Assembly: GCA_964016885.1 (NCBI GenBank)
Contig: OZ024742.1
Location: 268,088,001-268,152,000 of the forward strand
Reading direction: 5' to 3'
Length of the DNA: 64,000 bases
DNA from: Eledone cirrhosa
Lineage: Eukaryota
Positions within the stretch are counted from its first letter, which is position 1. Each line of letters opens with the position of its first letter. The notes beneath the pieces are model-generated. The model did not search any database. It saw nothing but the letters and a program-made list of their open reading frames with translations, and was not told where the DNA came from. Shown here piece after piece: positions 12,835 to 26,900 of this stretch. A program made the translations under genes and the position numbers.

Positions 12835-15800
12835 CAGTCTACAGGAGCATACTCAGGGCGGGCCCGTTCACTCGGACCAGCCTCGCCACTTTCACCCACC
12901 TTTCAACAAACTTACTTGAAGACAGCACTTGCCTCTCCAACCTGATTTTCCTCTTCAAGTGAAACTTGAAAAAGTTAATCAGGGATTGACCGAAGAGGAA
13001 AGTGTCCGTCTGCAACCCTTTCAACCTTGTCCACCACACAATCTCTTTCGCCATGGCCACCAGGCAGATGAAAACTGCCTGCCCTTCCTCCACTTTAAAG
13101 GAGGATGGCGGGGCTATCTACACAATGGACTAAGTCGATAACCAGATCCGTCCTACACACAACAGCAGCTGTTCGATATAGCTACACAAGTCAGCAATCC
13201 TCAGGCACTGAACGAGTGCGTGCAGGAGGGTTTCCTCGCCCTGCGCGCATCTCGGACAGGCTCGGCTGACAGCACCTCCATGCCTGTAGAGCTTATCCCG
13301 AACCGGCAACGTACCCCGGTAGCACTGCCAGACCAGGGAAATCTGGAAGTTGTCCTTAAGCCCCGGTCTGAAATTTCTCTTGAAGAGAACGAACAGCTGA
13401 TCGTCTTCGACGACCAGGGTATCTCCGAGAACGTCGTCGCTCTTTCCTTCCACTAGCCCTCTATAGAATGCCGAGGTGGATGTTCCATCGATACTAGTGC
13501 CCAGCCGGTAGAGGGCGGTGAGCGCTTGGAGAGATTCCAGTTTCCAAGCGCCATCCCTCGGTCTCTTCCTGATCCAGAATTGCAGCTCCGTCAAGGAGAC
13601 GAGCTGGGGAAAAGCGCGTATGGCAAACGGCGACCACACCTGTTCACCGTCAAGGAAGCACCAGAGATGTCGCAGCCTCAGCGCATGTTTGCGCATCATC
13701 AGCCACGACATGCCTAGTCCACCACGCAACGAGTGTTGACAGCAAATGGATCGTTTGACCATGGGAGAACGTCCCTTCTACAAAAAGCGGAAGAGAAGGC
13801 GCTCCAATTTGGTCAGAGTTGGGCGGGGGCAATGTACGACGATCAGGCTGTAGCAGATGACGGACGCTATGTACGCATTCGCCACCTCCGCCCGATTTTT
13901 CAAAGACAGCCTCCTCTCGGCCCATTTCTAGGTGAGAGATGCCACCATGATCGTCACCTCGCTCCAGTTCTTCTCCAACTGTAGGTCCGTACCGAACCAG
14001 ACTCCGAGCAATTTAACCGGTCATTCCGTCCAGTGCCCCACGACGCTGTCGGATGGCATGGACTTGCCTCTCCAGGTGCCGAGTTGCAAGCCAACCGACT
14101 GTTTCTGGTTTATCTTTGCTCCTGTCACCGCTTCATATTCCTTGAGAGCGGTGCCTGCCGAGCATCTGGACGTGTTTGGTGCTCGACACCACCACGGTGA
14201 CGTCATCGGCGTAAGCTGACACGGATCTCCCGCATCCCAGTTCGCGTGGGACCCTCCTCATCGTCTCGAATTTCTGCAGTAACGGCGTGAGGGCCAGTAC
14301 GTACAAGAGAAACGAGAAGGGAGAACCCTGGGCGACCGTACGCATGATGCTGAAAGGCTGCGACAGGTGACCATTCACCCTCACAATCGAGCAGATGTCG
14401 CTGTGCATCGCAGCGATCTAATCCCTAAAAACTGGCCCGAATCCAGCCGCCTCGAGGACTGCAGCCATGTACCGATGGTCGAATCTATCAAATGCTTTAC
14501 ATTGATCCAAGTTGATCAGGACGCCACCCGTGTCAGGTTCCTTAACCACCCTCTCTATGATGTATCGCATGAGATGGAGGTTGTCGTGGATGCATCTGTC
14601 CGGGATGGCGCATGTTTGCGCCTCTCCCACCAGATCACCGACGACAAGCGCCAAACACTTTGCTATCACCTTGGCCAAAATCTTAAACTCTCCGTTTAGC
14701 AGAGTTATGGGCCTGAAGTTGTCTATAACGTCCCCCTTGTTCGCTTTTTTTCTCAGCAACGCCACCGCTCCCCGGTTCACAAAACTGCCAAGTGGTCACC
14801 GAACAAGGAATATACGCATCAAGCTCGTATGCCATACCATCCAAACCTGACGATTTACCCCTCGTGCAGTAAGACATCGCGCCCCGTATTTCACCTGCTG
14901 TTATCGGCTTTTCGCAGCACTGCGCTGCGGTTGTCGAGAGCCGTGGCAGTCCGTCGAGGTATGCACCGAAGGCCATACTCCGATCCGGCTCGCCGCCGCT
15001 TCCGAACAATTGAGCAAATTGCTGTTGAAAAGCTGCACATATCTGCTCGGGTTCGAGCAACATGCGCCCGTTTTGATCAGGCAAATTGTTGCCATGTCGC
15101 GCTTCCGCCACCCGGGCCCATTGAACGACTTTCGCCCCCTCGTGTCTTAGAGCACGCGTTCTAGCTCTGACAACGCAGCCTTCATGCTTTGCGTTGAAGA
15201 ATTGGTCGAGTGCCATTCTCACCGCAAGCATATCGGTTGTGATGCCTGTCCTAAATGCCTCTTCTAGCTTTCTAACTAACTCTCCCTCTACTCTATTTTC
15301 CTCTATCATTACTCCTTTGCTAAACCTTATCGATTCTACTCTAGTAGTCCTTTTCATGGTAAACCACCACCTGTTGTTGACGATTGCACCCGTCAACGCA
15401 CGCTTAACTAATTCGCTAATCCAGATCTCTGTAAGCTTTGCGCGCCGGAAACGACACGTTCAGCTTCTAGTAGCCGGGCCCTTGCCTATGGAGTCTATCT
15501 AAGTCAACTTGACACATCACAAATGTGAGGTCTGTGTAGTCGACTACTTTGACTTGTGGACAACCTACACTAGCCTTATCTGTTTCCCTACAGAATAGCC
15601 TATCTAAATACGATCTGGATGACCTGATGCGGTTTGCTAATGTCCACATTGGCACATTCGGATAATCCAGTCTATACCTGTCAGACAGTTCAAAACGTCT
15701 GAGCAGGTTGTTTAGGCTTTTACACCCTCCTGTCCTGTCTACTAGCCCCAGATAATCCCATCGTGCATCTAAGATATCGTTCTAGTCACCCACTAACACT

Positions 15801-17765
15801 AAAGAAAGGTCTCTAGACGTCTGAGGAAATCTGGTCGTCCTGCCCCTGTTGTGGATTAGACGACTAGTAGCTTGAAAGCATTGCCTTCGCTGCCGGTCAC
15901 ATCCAGCACCACCGACTTACCTTCTGGATCCAGGAAGATGGCCCGTATGGCGAGATCCAAGCCTCTCCGAAATAGCACAGCAACCCCTCGACCTATACTG
16001 AACGGGTGGGAGATGCGTATACATCGTAGCCGCCGAAGATCGGTGCGAAGGCTCGTGCTTCTGAGATTCTGGTCTACCACATCTATGTTTAGTGACCTGA
16101 GGTCGTTGAGCAGGTGACCCTGCTTCCAAGATGACTCCAGGCCACGTACATTTATACTGCCTATTCTAAATTCGGTCATGTTGGATGAGAGACAGGGTAA
16201 GTGAGAAAGGATTACTTACCTTGATCGTGTGGTGAAGGGACAGTAGAACCTTTGGCTGGTCATGGGTGTTTCCAAGAGGATGTCGGCGTATATCCTCTCG
16301 GTAACCGACCCTCTGATGTCTACAACTGCGTTGGGGAAATTTTGCTTTAAAAGTTTGAAATGTTCTATGGAGATTTCAATGATGCTTTTGTTTGTCGGGA
16401 GAGTTCTTGGTGTTGGTGGGGTGTAGTAGTATTTCTTGTGTGATGTCTGTGTGCTGCTTTATATGTTGTATGAGTTCTTTATATGCAATGTTTATGGCTG
16501 TTTACTATTTTTGGGGGAGAGGCGATTGTGTTGCTGTTTTCTTGTTTGTTTATGTTGGGTGTGTGTGTTTTGTTGTGTTTGCGAAATTGGTGTTTTTGGT
16601 GATGCTGGTGGTGGTGTGGTTGTTGGTGGTGGTAATGGTGGTGATGGTGTTGCTGCAAGTCTTCTTGCAGCCTTTACCCCTTTTTGTCTGCCTTCGCTTT
16701 TGAAGAGTGAAGTTAAGGTTTTTTTTTTCTTTTTTCTTTTTTGTGGCAGACCGTTTGCCACTTCCCTCCCACCTCACACTCCATGTCGGACCCCGTGGCG
16801 TCCGGGAGGGGCATGAGCTCCACTGCTGTTGGTGGTGGTAGTGGAACCCGTTCGCGCGATTGTACCGCCACCGTAGCTACTGCGTCTGTTGGTGTTACCG
16901 CCACTGCTGCCGCTGCTTTAGTTGTCCGTGCCCTTCGTATGGGTGCCACGGACGTTGCCTCCTACTCACCATGGAAGGGTCTTCTGCCTCTGTTGCCTGC
17001 CCTACTCTTGGTAGCAGCGGATCAGGCGTCGGAAAGTGGGGAGGGGCTCTTCTTGGGTGTCTTCTGCGGGCAGAAGGCCCTGAGGTGACCCTTCTGCCCA
17101 CAGAGATAGCACTTTGGGCGCCTTCCTTCCACGCTTATAGGGAGATGGAGCCCTTTTTCGATGTCAATGAGGTCTGGGATGGCCTCGATGTACTTCTGGT
17201 CAGTCTGTATTAGCATGTTCATGCCTATTCCTGACCAGTTCTCTCTTCCCATTCTCTGTATTTGTAATATGGTGGTCTTCTTGATTCTATCCAGTACAGA
17301 TGCGGCCAGCCAATGTATGGGCTCGTCGGGCGGGACCTACGTAACTTTGACCCTCACAATTTTCTACCCGCAGTAGGAGGGCACCAAGACTTTCTTTTTA
17401 CTCTTTAGGGTTTCCTAAGAGTGAGACTTCGCCTCTTGGTGGGTGGCGAAAAGTACGTCTACTGTGCCGTACTTTTTGCCTCGGGTAATGTGGGTTTTGT
17501 GCGATCTGACGCACCCAAGGCCTTTTGTATTTGAGCCTCCATGGCTCTCTCAATCCGATGCGACATTTTGCTTACGGTGCAGTAAGTCACCGTGCGCAGT
17601 TGCTAGTCTTTGAAGAAATTGGGTGGAGGTTTCGGAGAAACTCTATTGTCGTTTCTCGACACTATGGCTCTTGCGACTACCATCTCCTTCTCATTGAATA
17701 ACACTATTTCTATATTTCGGGCCACACCTTCGAAAGAAGTGGCCCCTTTTTCAGCGGCACCAGAT
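12835..17765 (-). mobile_element. Tx1/L1-clade LINE, near full length, degraded (copy 1)
   Basis: ORF1 remnants with SFEGVAR and CCHC knuckle KCYLCGQKGHLRAFC (17022-17252); ORF2 from ATG 16179 (IGSINVRGL, APE) through RT (DNFRPITLLN, DQCKAFDR, AYADDV) to CPRC..EETLLHALVQC, stop at 12839. Confidence 0.92.
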
Positions 17766-18234
17766 AGAAATCTTTATTTAGGATATAAAATATGATATTA
17801 AAACCTGTTATAAATGAAAATGAGGCTGAAATAAAGTAACGGAAAATACTTGTACACACCGGATCAGGTACATGTAGATGCGCATATACGTAAAATTAGG
17901 CGAAAATATATATACCCAAATACACATAGTCCCATTTATATGAAGATACACGTATACATCTAAATATTCATATACATATATATATCTATATACATATAGA
18001 GACATGGTAGCATGTGTCTAAAAAACGTCATAGGTATATACACACACATAAAATACGGACGATCACATATATACATACGTACAGAGACATAACTAAAAAA
18101 ATATAAAAATAAATATATATATATAAATATGAGATGAAAAAGATTTTGTAAAGTAAATAGAAAGTAAATAAAAAATGTGCAAAACCAGACAGTGGTACAG
18201 TAACTACGTACTTATAATTACGTAAACACACACG

Positions 18235-18760
<526 letters not shown>

Positions 18761-19509
18761 TTTCTTATATGTTGATCATCATCATCACCGTTTTACGTCC
18801 GTTCTTCCATGCTAGCATGGAACGTATATACTCACAAGTCAAAAGCTACATATACACGCATAGATATACACACACACTCAATGTCCAATATATATATATA
18901 TGTATGTATTGTCAGGTAAAAACCGAAACTAAACAGAAAGTATGAGTCATGTACAAATATCAACGACTTACTTATGGTTTTATGTAATGTACGCTTTCAA
19001 ATGAATCTGCTTATATTACATTAGTGGCTACCGAATTTGATTAATATATTAATTGTCAAATGGTAATTTTACTCTTAGTGTCATACGAGCTTCAAACGTA
19101 CTTCTTTTTGGCTACTCATTATATTTTGAATTAATGTATACACACATGCATAAATAGATACATACATACACACACATACACACACACACACTAAATTTTC
19201 AATCACATATTTTTATTGTTTGACCCGAATTGCTTGGTCGTTTATTTTGGTAGTGCGGATGATTTGTTTAACCACCATCTCAGTGTGTTTGGCCCTTAAC
19301 GTATGTTGTAGCTCTGATTCATATGAATCATCGAGCGCTTGCCATACATCTCGGAGGTTGATTTTCGTTAATTCCTGAGCCGAAGTACGATTCTCGCTAA
19401 TTTATATTTATATATATATATGGGGATGTGCATGCGTGTGTGCATGTGTGTGTGTATGTATACAAGCGAACATTTAAGAAAGCAATACAATTCAATGATG
19501 AAATACCGT

Positions 19510-20690
19510 AAATTCTCGTATGCAAGGCGAGGTAGCTAATCAACACAGTGTTTAGATGAGGAGTAGGGGCATTCACACTGAATAGTGTAACATACTGTTG
19601 ATTACTCTGTCAGCGGCATATATACATGATGCGGTCAGAATGTCCTGTTAGCTGTGTTTCAAGCTTGGAAGCGATGACGTTACTGATGCTGAAACCCACT
19701 CTTGAAAGGTGTTCCTCTGCTGCTGCTTTGTGTGACCAGTAGATGCTGTATCCGGCGCCATGCTCATGTAGGATTTTTGCTTCTGGAAAGAGGACTTCAT
19801 TAAGTGAAGTAATGGCAAGTTTCTGTCTTGACAGTTCCTGTACAATTGTAGGAGATCAACGTACTGGACGACTGCAGTCTATTGTGTCTAACAATGTACT
19901 GATGCCCCAGCATGCGATTTTCAGTCCATTTACACCCTAATACCTGGACGTTTCCCTTTTCTTTCTCGCCGCTTTTTGACCGCATTGGTTTAAGGGGGTT
20001 GACCGCGGTTTGCTCACAGAGTAGTGTATGAGACAATCTTTGCTCAGGCCACCTTTTCTAGACCCCTCCTCATGTAGATCAAGCAGTGATATCCCTAGAG
20101 AAGGATGCTTGGTCATTCATAGTGTGACGAATAATGTCGTGTCGGGGTCAAGATCAGGCCACACAACCCCTAAAACCGTTTGCATGCAGAATTAGGACTA
20201 CGGCTTGCAATGCCATGTTACACATGCCATTTTGCCCCTTTCCTATCGCTACAGGCCTCGAGGTTGTTGATAGTCGCGGACATGTCCCTCGAGCCTGCAC
20301 AGTAGAGTTTTTAGGAGAAGTGCAGTGTGTGCTTGACTGACATGACCCATTACACCCTGCGTTCATCTGTCCTAGTTTAGCTAGCTGGACGGTGACAACA
20401 AGGTCTTCAGATTGTAGGTTTTGAAGCAGAATGTTCTTCTACAAGCATCTGACTCGAAAGCACGGGGGCAGTTACCCATCATGGGACGTGGCTCCTGTGT
20501 GCCACAAAACATGTCGGTACATTCAGGATCTTGGAACAACGAGCTTTGCTTCTAAGACCATAGGAGTAACTCTGACATGTACTACCGCACCAAGACAAAG
20601 AGGACCTTCGAATATTACTGACTATGTGGAAACCCCAGAAATCTCGAACTGGAGCCTCACCACCAGTTGCAGTTCAGTGTCTGTAGCCTT
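19510..20690 (-). mobile_element. RTE-BovB-type LINE, 5' UTR and N-terminal APE fragment
   Basis: Minus frame from about 19925 reads LKIACWGISTLLDT..SRPVR*SPTIVQELSR..ITSLNEVLFPE..LHEHGAGYSIYWS...RVGF...GHSDRIM...VTLFSVNAPT; not in the ORF track because of stops. Confidence 0.8.
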
Positions 20691-23560
20691 TTGGACTCCA
20701 GCACACCCGTTGGGATTACAAGGTCATATTCCTTGGATTTTCACGCCAGAGTGGGTCCAGATTCTGTATGGCGGGAGGGTTGCTCGGGAGTTATGGCGTT
20801 GGTCAGTGTAATGACAATGGATGTTTGCCGTTGGAGTTTTGCGCAGAATATCAACTCGGCCTCACAAACACTCGCCAATTCAGATCACAAGTTTGTGATC
20901 TGTAAGTTCAACCTCGGTAAGACGCGTACGTTAGAACCTGGTTACTGGAAGCTGAACATGTCCTTTCCGGCGCGTAAGGCACCGGGTCAACAATTTAGCT
21001 AAGTAAAAGTTGACAGGGGTTGGAGTCGTCAAGAACAGAAGGTTGGGGCTCTCAAAAAAGAGATTAGAGTAAATTCGATAGAGTTTAGCAAAGAAGTACC
21101 GTTAGAGAAAAATAGAAAGGAGTGGTGGCTGGTAGCTAAATTAGACGAGGCAATTTGTAGTGGCATTGCAACTGACGTGTTAGCTGCGAGAATGACATTA
21201 GACCATTTCTTCAATGCGAAACATGAAGGTTGAATTGTCAGAGCTAAGGCGGTTGCTCTGAGAAACGAGGGCACCAAATCTGTTCGATGTGCCCGCGTGG
21301 CAGAGGCTCAGCGTGGTAATAATACCACAATTTAGTCTTTGACGGATCGAGACGGTCACGAGCTGATGACTCCAGGTGGATATGTGAAGCCTTTCACCAG
21401 CATTTTGCTCGGTTGTATGGGGGAAGTGGCGGGTCAGAGACTGGCGGATTTCAGTTCCTACCTCGGCGGCTTGCCGTGCCTCTCGACGGTCGAGGCTGAG
21501 CGCTGCGAACAGCCGATAACTTCAGCAGAATTTCAGGGTGCTCTTACGGCTGCATGAGATGCAAGTCGCCCGGTTTAGATGGTTTGCCCTACGAGCTTTA
21601 CGCAAATATGGCATACTTGTTCTGCAATATCCCCGATGCGCTCTACGGCAACTGGCAGCAGAACGGGAGTATTACCGATTCTGTCAGCCGGGGAGTATTG
21701 ACGCTGATAAGGAAAGACGAGAGAAAGAGGGACACATTAGATAATTTCAGGCCCTTAACTCTGCTCAACACAGAGATTCAGATTTTGGCCCAAGTGTTAG
21801 TGTAGAGGTTGGCGCTTGTTGTCGAAGATTTGGTTGCGGATGCGAAAACTTGCGCAATCCCGACCAGGTTCATATACGACAATCTCCACCTCATGCGATA
21901 CATCATAGACACGGTAGGTTGTAAACCTGGCTTCGGTGGTGCTCTGATTAACTTATATCAATCGAAAACTTTTGATAGGGTCGACCATCGGTACTTGGAG
22001 GGTGTCCTCAAGGCAGTTGGCTTCGGCCCCGTATTCAGATGCTGGGTCAATGCAATGGGCAGTGGAAACTGCTCGGTGGTCAAAGTTAATGGCCACCTCT
22101 AGGAACCGTTTCAGATCTCCCGATCGTTCCATCGAGGGTGCCCTCTCTCCTCCCTTCTGTACGTATTGTCTCTTGAGCCTTTACAACGGTAGCTGGAACT
22201 GTTGCATGGCATCCCGCTCGAACTGGGACGCGTAAAGGCTGTGTCGGTTTATGCTGCTGATATCACCGTGATGATGTCGGGCACCTTGGAAATCGAGTTG
22301 GTCGGCAACTTATTGGAGGAATATGAAAGGTTGGCGGAAGGGAAACTGAACCTGGAAAAGTCGGTGGGCTTTCCACATGGCACCTTGAGAGGCAAGTCCA
22401 TTCTTGTGGAGTGCTCAGTTTCCGTTGAGGACACGTTCTATGTGCTGCGACGACCCTCTACGCGGAGGGCTGGGTATGCCATGGATTACGATGCGCAGAC
22501 ATGCACTGAGGTTGCGGCATCTCCAGATATTCTGTATAAACGGTGAACCGGTGTGGTCACCGTTTGTCAAACGGGCCATTCCACAGCTCGTCTCTTTGAC
22601 TGAGCTGCAGTCCTGGGTAAAAAAGACCGAGACAGGGTGACTGGCATCTGGAATGTTGCCAGGCACTCATCGCCCTCTACCAAGCGGTCAATGTTATCAG
22701 TGTAACTTCCACTCTCGAGTTCTATAGAGGATTAGTGGTGGGCAAGTGCGACGAAACACTCGGAGAGGTTCTGGTCGTCAACTTAACCAGTCTATTCTGG
22801 ATGACTTTTGAGATTGGGACGATGGATAACTTCCAAAAATCACTCGCTTGGCAGTGCTAGAAGGGGGCACTGCCGGTTTGAGATAATCTCTACAGGCAAG
22901 TAAATACTGTCAGACGGACCTGCCCCATATGCGCGTAGAACGACGAAACCGTTCTGCACTCACTCGTCCATTGCCCATGCATTACAGACTTGTGGTGTTA
23001 TGCTGAACAGCTGTTGTCGGGTGTAGGACGGATCCGCCTATCAGCTGAGACCGTCGGGAGGACTGCCCCGCCGTCTTCCTTTAGCCAGGGAGGGCAGGCA
23101 TATTTCATCTGCCTGTTGCGCATGGCGAAAGAGATCGTGTGGTGGACGCGTTTGAAAGGGCTGATTACGAGCACTTACCTCTTCAGTGATGCCCTGATAA
23201 TCTTTTTCAAATTTCATTTGAAAAGGAAATTCAGGGAGGAGAGGGAAGTGCTCTCTTCCCAGCAATTTGTTGAAAGATGGGTGAGAGAGGCTGTAAATTG
23301 AAGGTGGAAAACTGGGAGAGGGCACTTGCCCTTGTGGTGGGTCGCCGTGGCTTTTTTAATGGGCTTTCTCCACGTGTGGAGCTCGGAAGTCTCTCTCCTA
23401 TTGGGGAATATTCCTTTCTTTTTCTCGTCTTTATCTTTGTTTTTTATTTACATGCTGAAATGTCAATTTGTACCGTCCTGTACCGACCTCTGCTGTCAGT
23501 AATGTTATACTTAATGTCAACTCTTGTTGTTAAAGAAAACATTAATATTATCATCATTTT
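20690..23560 (+). mobile_element. Tx1/L1-clade LINE ORF2 (5'-truncated) with 3' UTR, divergent subfamily (copy 2)
   Basis: SDHKFV..PGYWKLN, KSPGLDGLPYELY, DNFRPLTLLN, FDRVDHRYL, C-terminal WWTRLKGL; T-rich 3' UTR to about 23560. Confidence 0.9.
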
Positions 23561-23985
23561 TAATAGTAGTGTTACAAATTAAAAAATACCAAATAGTACT
23601 AACACAAACAACACCAACAATAACACGAACAATAGCACCAAAGACAACACCATCAATAACAACAGCAACAACAAAAAATAACAGCGATAAGGTCGAGAAA
23701 GACAATAACAATGATAATAATAACAGCCACAACAAGGATAAAATTATGGACAGTAAAACAATTAAAACAACGGTCACAACAACAGTAACAGTGGCGATAG
23801 TATCAACGAAAACAACAAAAATGACAACAATAGCCGCAGCAACAATATCAACGAAAACAACAAAAATGACAACAATAGCCGCAGCAACAATATCAACGAA
23901 AACAACAACAATGACATCAATAACAGTAACAACGATCCCAGTACCAACAGCAATACCAGTAGCAGCAGTAGCGTCAGCAATAATT
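23560..23985. repeat. (AAC)/(AAT)-rich low-complexity tract with a 45-bp tandem unit
   Basis: ATCAACGAAAACAACAAAAATGACAACAATAGCCGCAGCAACAAT repeated about 2.4 times from 23802. Confidence 0.85.
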
Positions 23986-26900
23986 GTGCCGGTGAAAAGG
24001 GGGCCACTTCTTTCGCAGGTGTGGCCCGAAATATAGAAACAGTGATAGTCACAGAGGAGGAGATGGCAGTCGCAAGGACCATGGTGACGAGAAATGCCAA
24101 TCGAGTCTCCTTGACACCTACAGACAATTTTTTCAAAAACCACCAGCTATGGACCATGACTTACCCCACTGTAAGCAAAATATGACACAGGAAGGAGAGT
24201 GCCACAGAGGCTGACATCCCACATCACCAGAGGCAAAATGCATGAAACAGTAGACGTAATTTTGCTACCCCCAAGAGGCGAAGTCTCACTCTCTCGTAAC
24301 TCTAAAGAGTGAGAAGATAGTCTTGGTGCACTCCTACTGCGGGCAGAAAATTGTAAGGGTTAAAGTGACCCAAGTCCCACCCGACGTGACCATAACTTGC
24401 CTGGCCGCATCTGATCTAGCTGGTCGAGGACAGGACGATCATGCTGCAAGTACAGAGAATAGGGAGAGAGAACTGGTCTGGTATAGGCATGCAAATGCTA
24501 ATACAACCTGACCATGAGTGTATCAAGGCCATCCCGGATACCATACGTCTCGAGCAAGGACTCCAACCCACTGTAAACGTGGACGGAAGGCGCCCAAAAT
24601 GCTATCTCTGTGGGTCAAATGTTCACCTCAAGTTCTTTTGCCCGCAGAAGACAGCGAAGAAGAAGCCCCTTCCTTCCGAATGCTGGTCCACTGCTACCAA
24701 GAGCAGGGCAGGAAACAAAGGCAGCAGCCCTTCAACGGTGAATAGGAAGGCAACGTCAGTGGCACCCATACCAAGGCATCGGATGACTAAAACAGCGGCA
24801 GCAGTGGCGGCAACACCAGTAGTTACATTTTCAATAGCTGCACCAGCAACAAAATTGCCGGAGAGGGATATACTACCACCACCAACAGACCTGGAGCACA
24901 AACTCCTCCCAGACACCACGGAATCCAACATGGAGTCTGAGGTTGGCGTGAAGTGGCAAAACGTCTGCCACAAAAAACAAAAAGAAAGAACCCCTTAGGT
25001 TCACCCTCCATAAGCGAGGGCAAACAAGAGAGGTAAAGGCTGCAAGGCGACTCGCAGCAAGGCCACCACCATCACTGCCAACAACAACCACACCACCACC
25101 AGCATCACCACAGACAACAACATGGCAAACACAAGTCACACATACACAACAGCATCAGCAAGAAATCAACAACAAAATCAACCCACACAAGAAACATTAC
25201 ATAGCCATAAACATGGCAAATAAAGCAGCACACAGACATTACAGACAAAAATCACTACACCCCACCAAGACCAAGAACATTCCCGAAAAATATAAACATT
25301 ATTGAAATTAAAATAGAACATTATAAACAAATAAAAGAAAAATTCCCCGATGCAGTTGGAGTCTTCAGAGGGTCGGTTAGCAAGAGGATATACACCGAGA
25401 TTATCTTCGAGAAACCCATGACCATCCAAAGGGACGGTTCGACTGTCCCTTTCCCACACGATCAGGGTAGGTGATCCTTTCTCACTTACTCCATTCCTCA
25501 CACAACATGGCCTTACTTAGTATAGGCAGTATAAATATACGTGGTCCGGAGTCATCCTGGAAGCAGGGCCACCTGCTTAACGAGCTCAGGTCACTAAACA
25601 TAGATGTGGTGGCCATCAGCGAGACCAGAATTTACGAAGCACGAGACTTCGCACCGATCTTCGGGGGCTACGATGTATACGCATCTCCCAGCCGTGCGGG
25701 CGAGGGGAGCGGAGTTGCTGTGCCTTTTCGGAGAGATTGGATCTCGCCATACGGGCAATCTTCTTGAAATCAGAAGGTAACTCGGTATACTGAACGTGAC
25801 ATGCAGCGAAGGCAATGCGTTCAGACTACTAGTCGTCTATGACCCCACAGGGGAAGGACGGCACGATTTTTTCAGACGACTAGAGGCCTTTCTGTGAACG
25901 TCCCGCGCTTTAGTGTTTGTGGTTGACTGGAACGGTATCTTAGATTCACGCTGGGATAATGTGGGGTAAGTATATAAGGGAGGAGGGTGTAAAAGCCTCA
26001 CCAACCTGCTCAGACCTTTTCAACTGTCTGACAATATCGACTGGATTATCCGAATGTGCCAATGTAGACATGGGCATACCGCATCGGGTCATCCAGATCG
26101 CATCTAGAAAGGATATTCTCTAGGGAAACAGATTCAAAGTAGTCGACTACACGGACAATAAATTTGTGATCTGTGAAATCGACTTAAATAGACTTCATAG
26201 GCAAGGGCCCGGTTACTGGAAGCTGAATGCCTCTTTCCCGTCGTGCAAAGCTAACAGCGATCGGATAAACGAATTAGTTAAGCGTGCGTTGACGGGTGCC
26301 ATCGTCAACAACAGGTGGTGGTTTTCTCTGTAAAGAGCAATAAGGCCAATCAAAAGAATAGTGATAAATGAAAATAGAGTAGAAGAGAACTAGTTAGAAA
26401 GCTAGAAGAGGCGTTTAGGACAGGCATCACAACCGATGAGCTAGCGGCGAGATTGGCACTCGACCAATTCTTCACGAAGGCTGCGTTATCAGAGCTACAG
26501 CGCATGTTCTGTGACACGAGGGGACACCAGCCGTCCAATAGGCCCGGGTGGTCGAGGCGCCACGTGGTAACAAAGCCACAATTCAATAATTGCCAGAACA
26601 AAACGGTCGCATGTTACTCGAACCTGAGCAGATGTGTGAGGCTTTTTACTTTGCTCCACTTTTTCTTTTCCGGTTCGGGGTATGAACTTCAATGCATACC
26701 TTGAGGGACTGCCGCAGCTTTCCACAACCGCAGCGCAGTATATCGAAAAGCCGATAACAGCAGGTGAAATACGGGAAGCGATGTCTGACTGTATGAGAGG
26801 TAAATCGACAGGTTTAGATGGTCTGCCTACAAGTGTATGCGTACATGCCAGACCTGTTCGGTGACCTCTCGGCAGATGTCTACTGCAACTGGCAGGAGAA

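Noticed and set aside
23517-24157. Thr-rich mucin-like ORF and hydrophobic antisense ORFs
   Set aside because: Translation of an (AAC)-rich tract between two LINEs; no splice or domain support.
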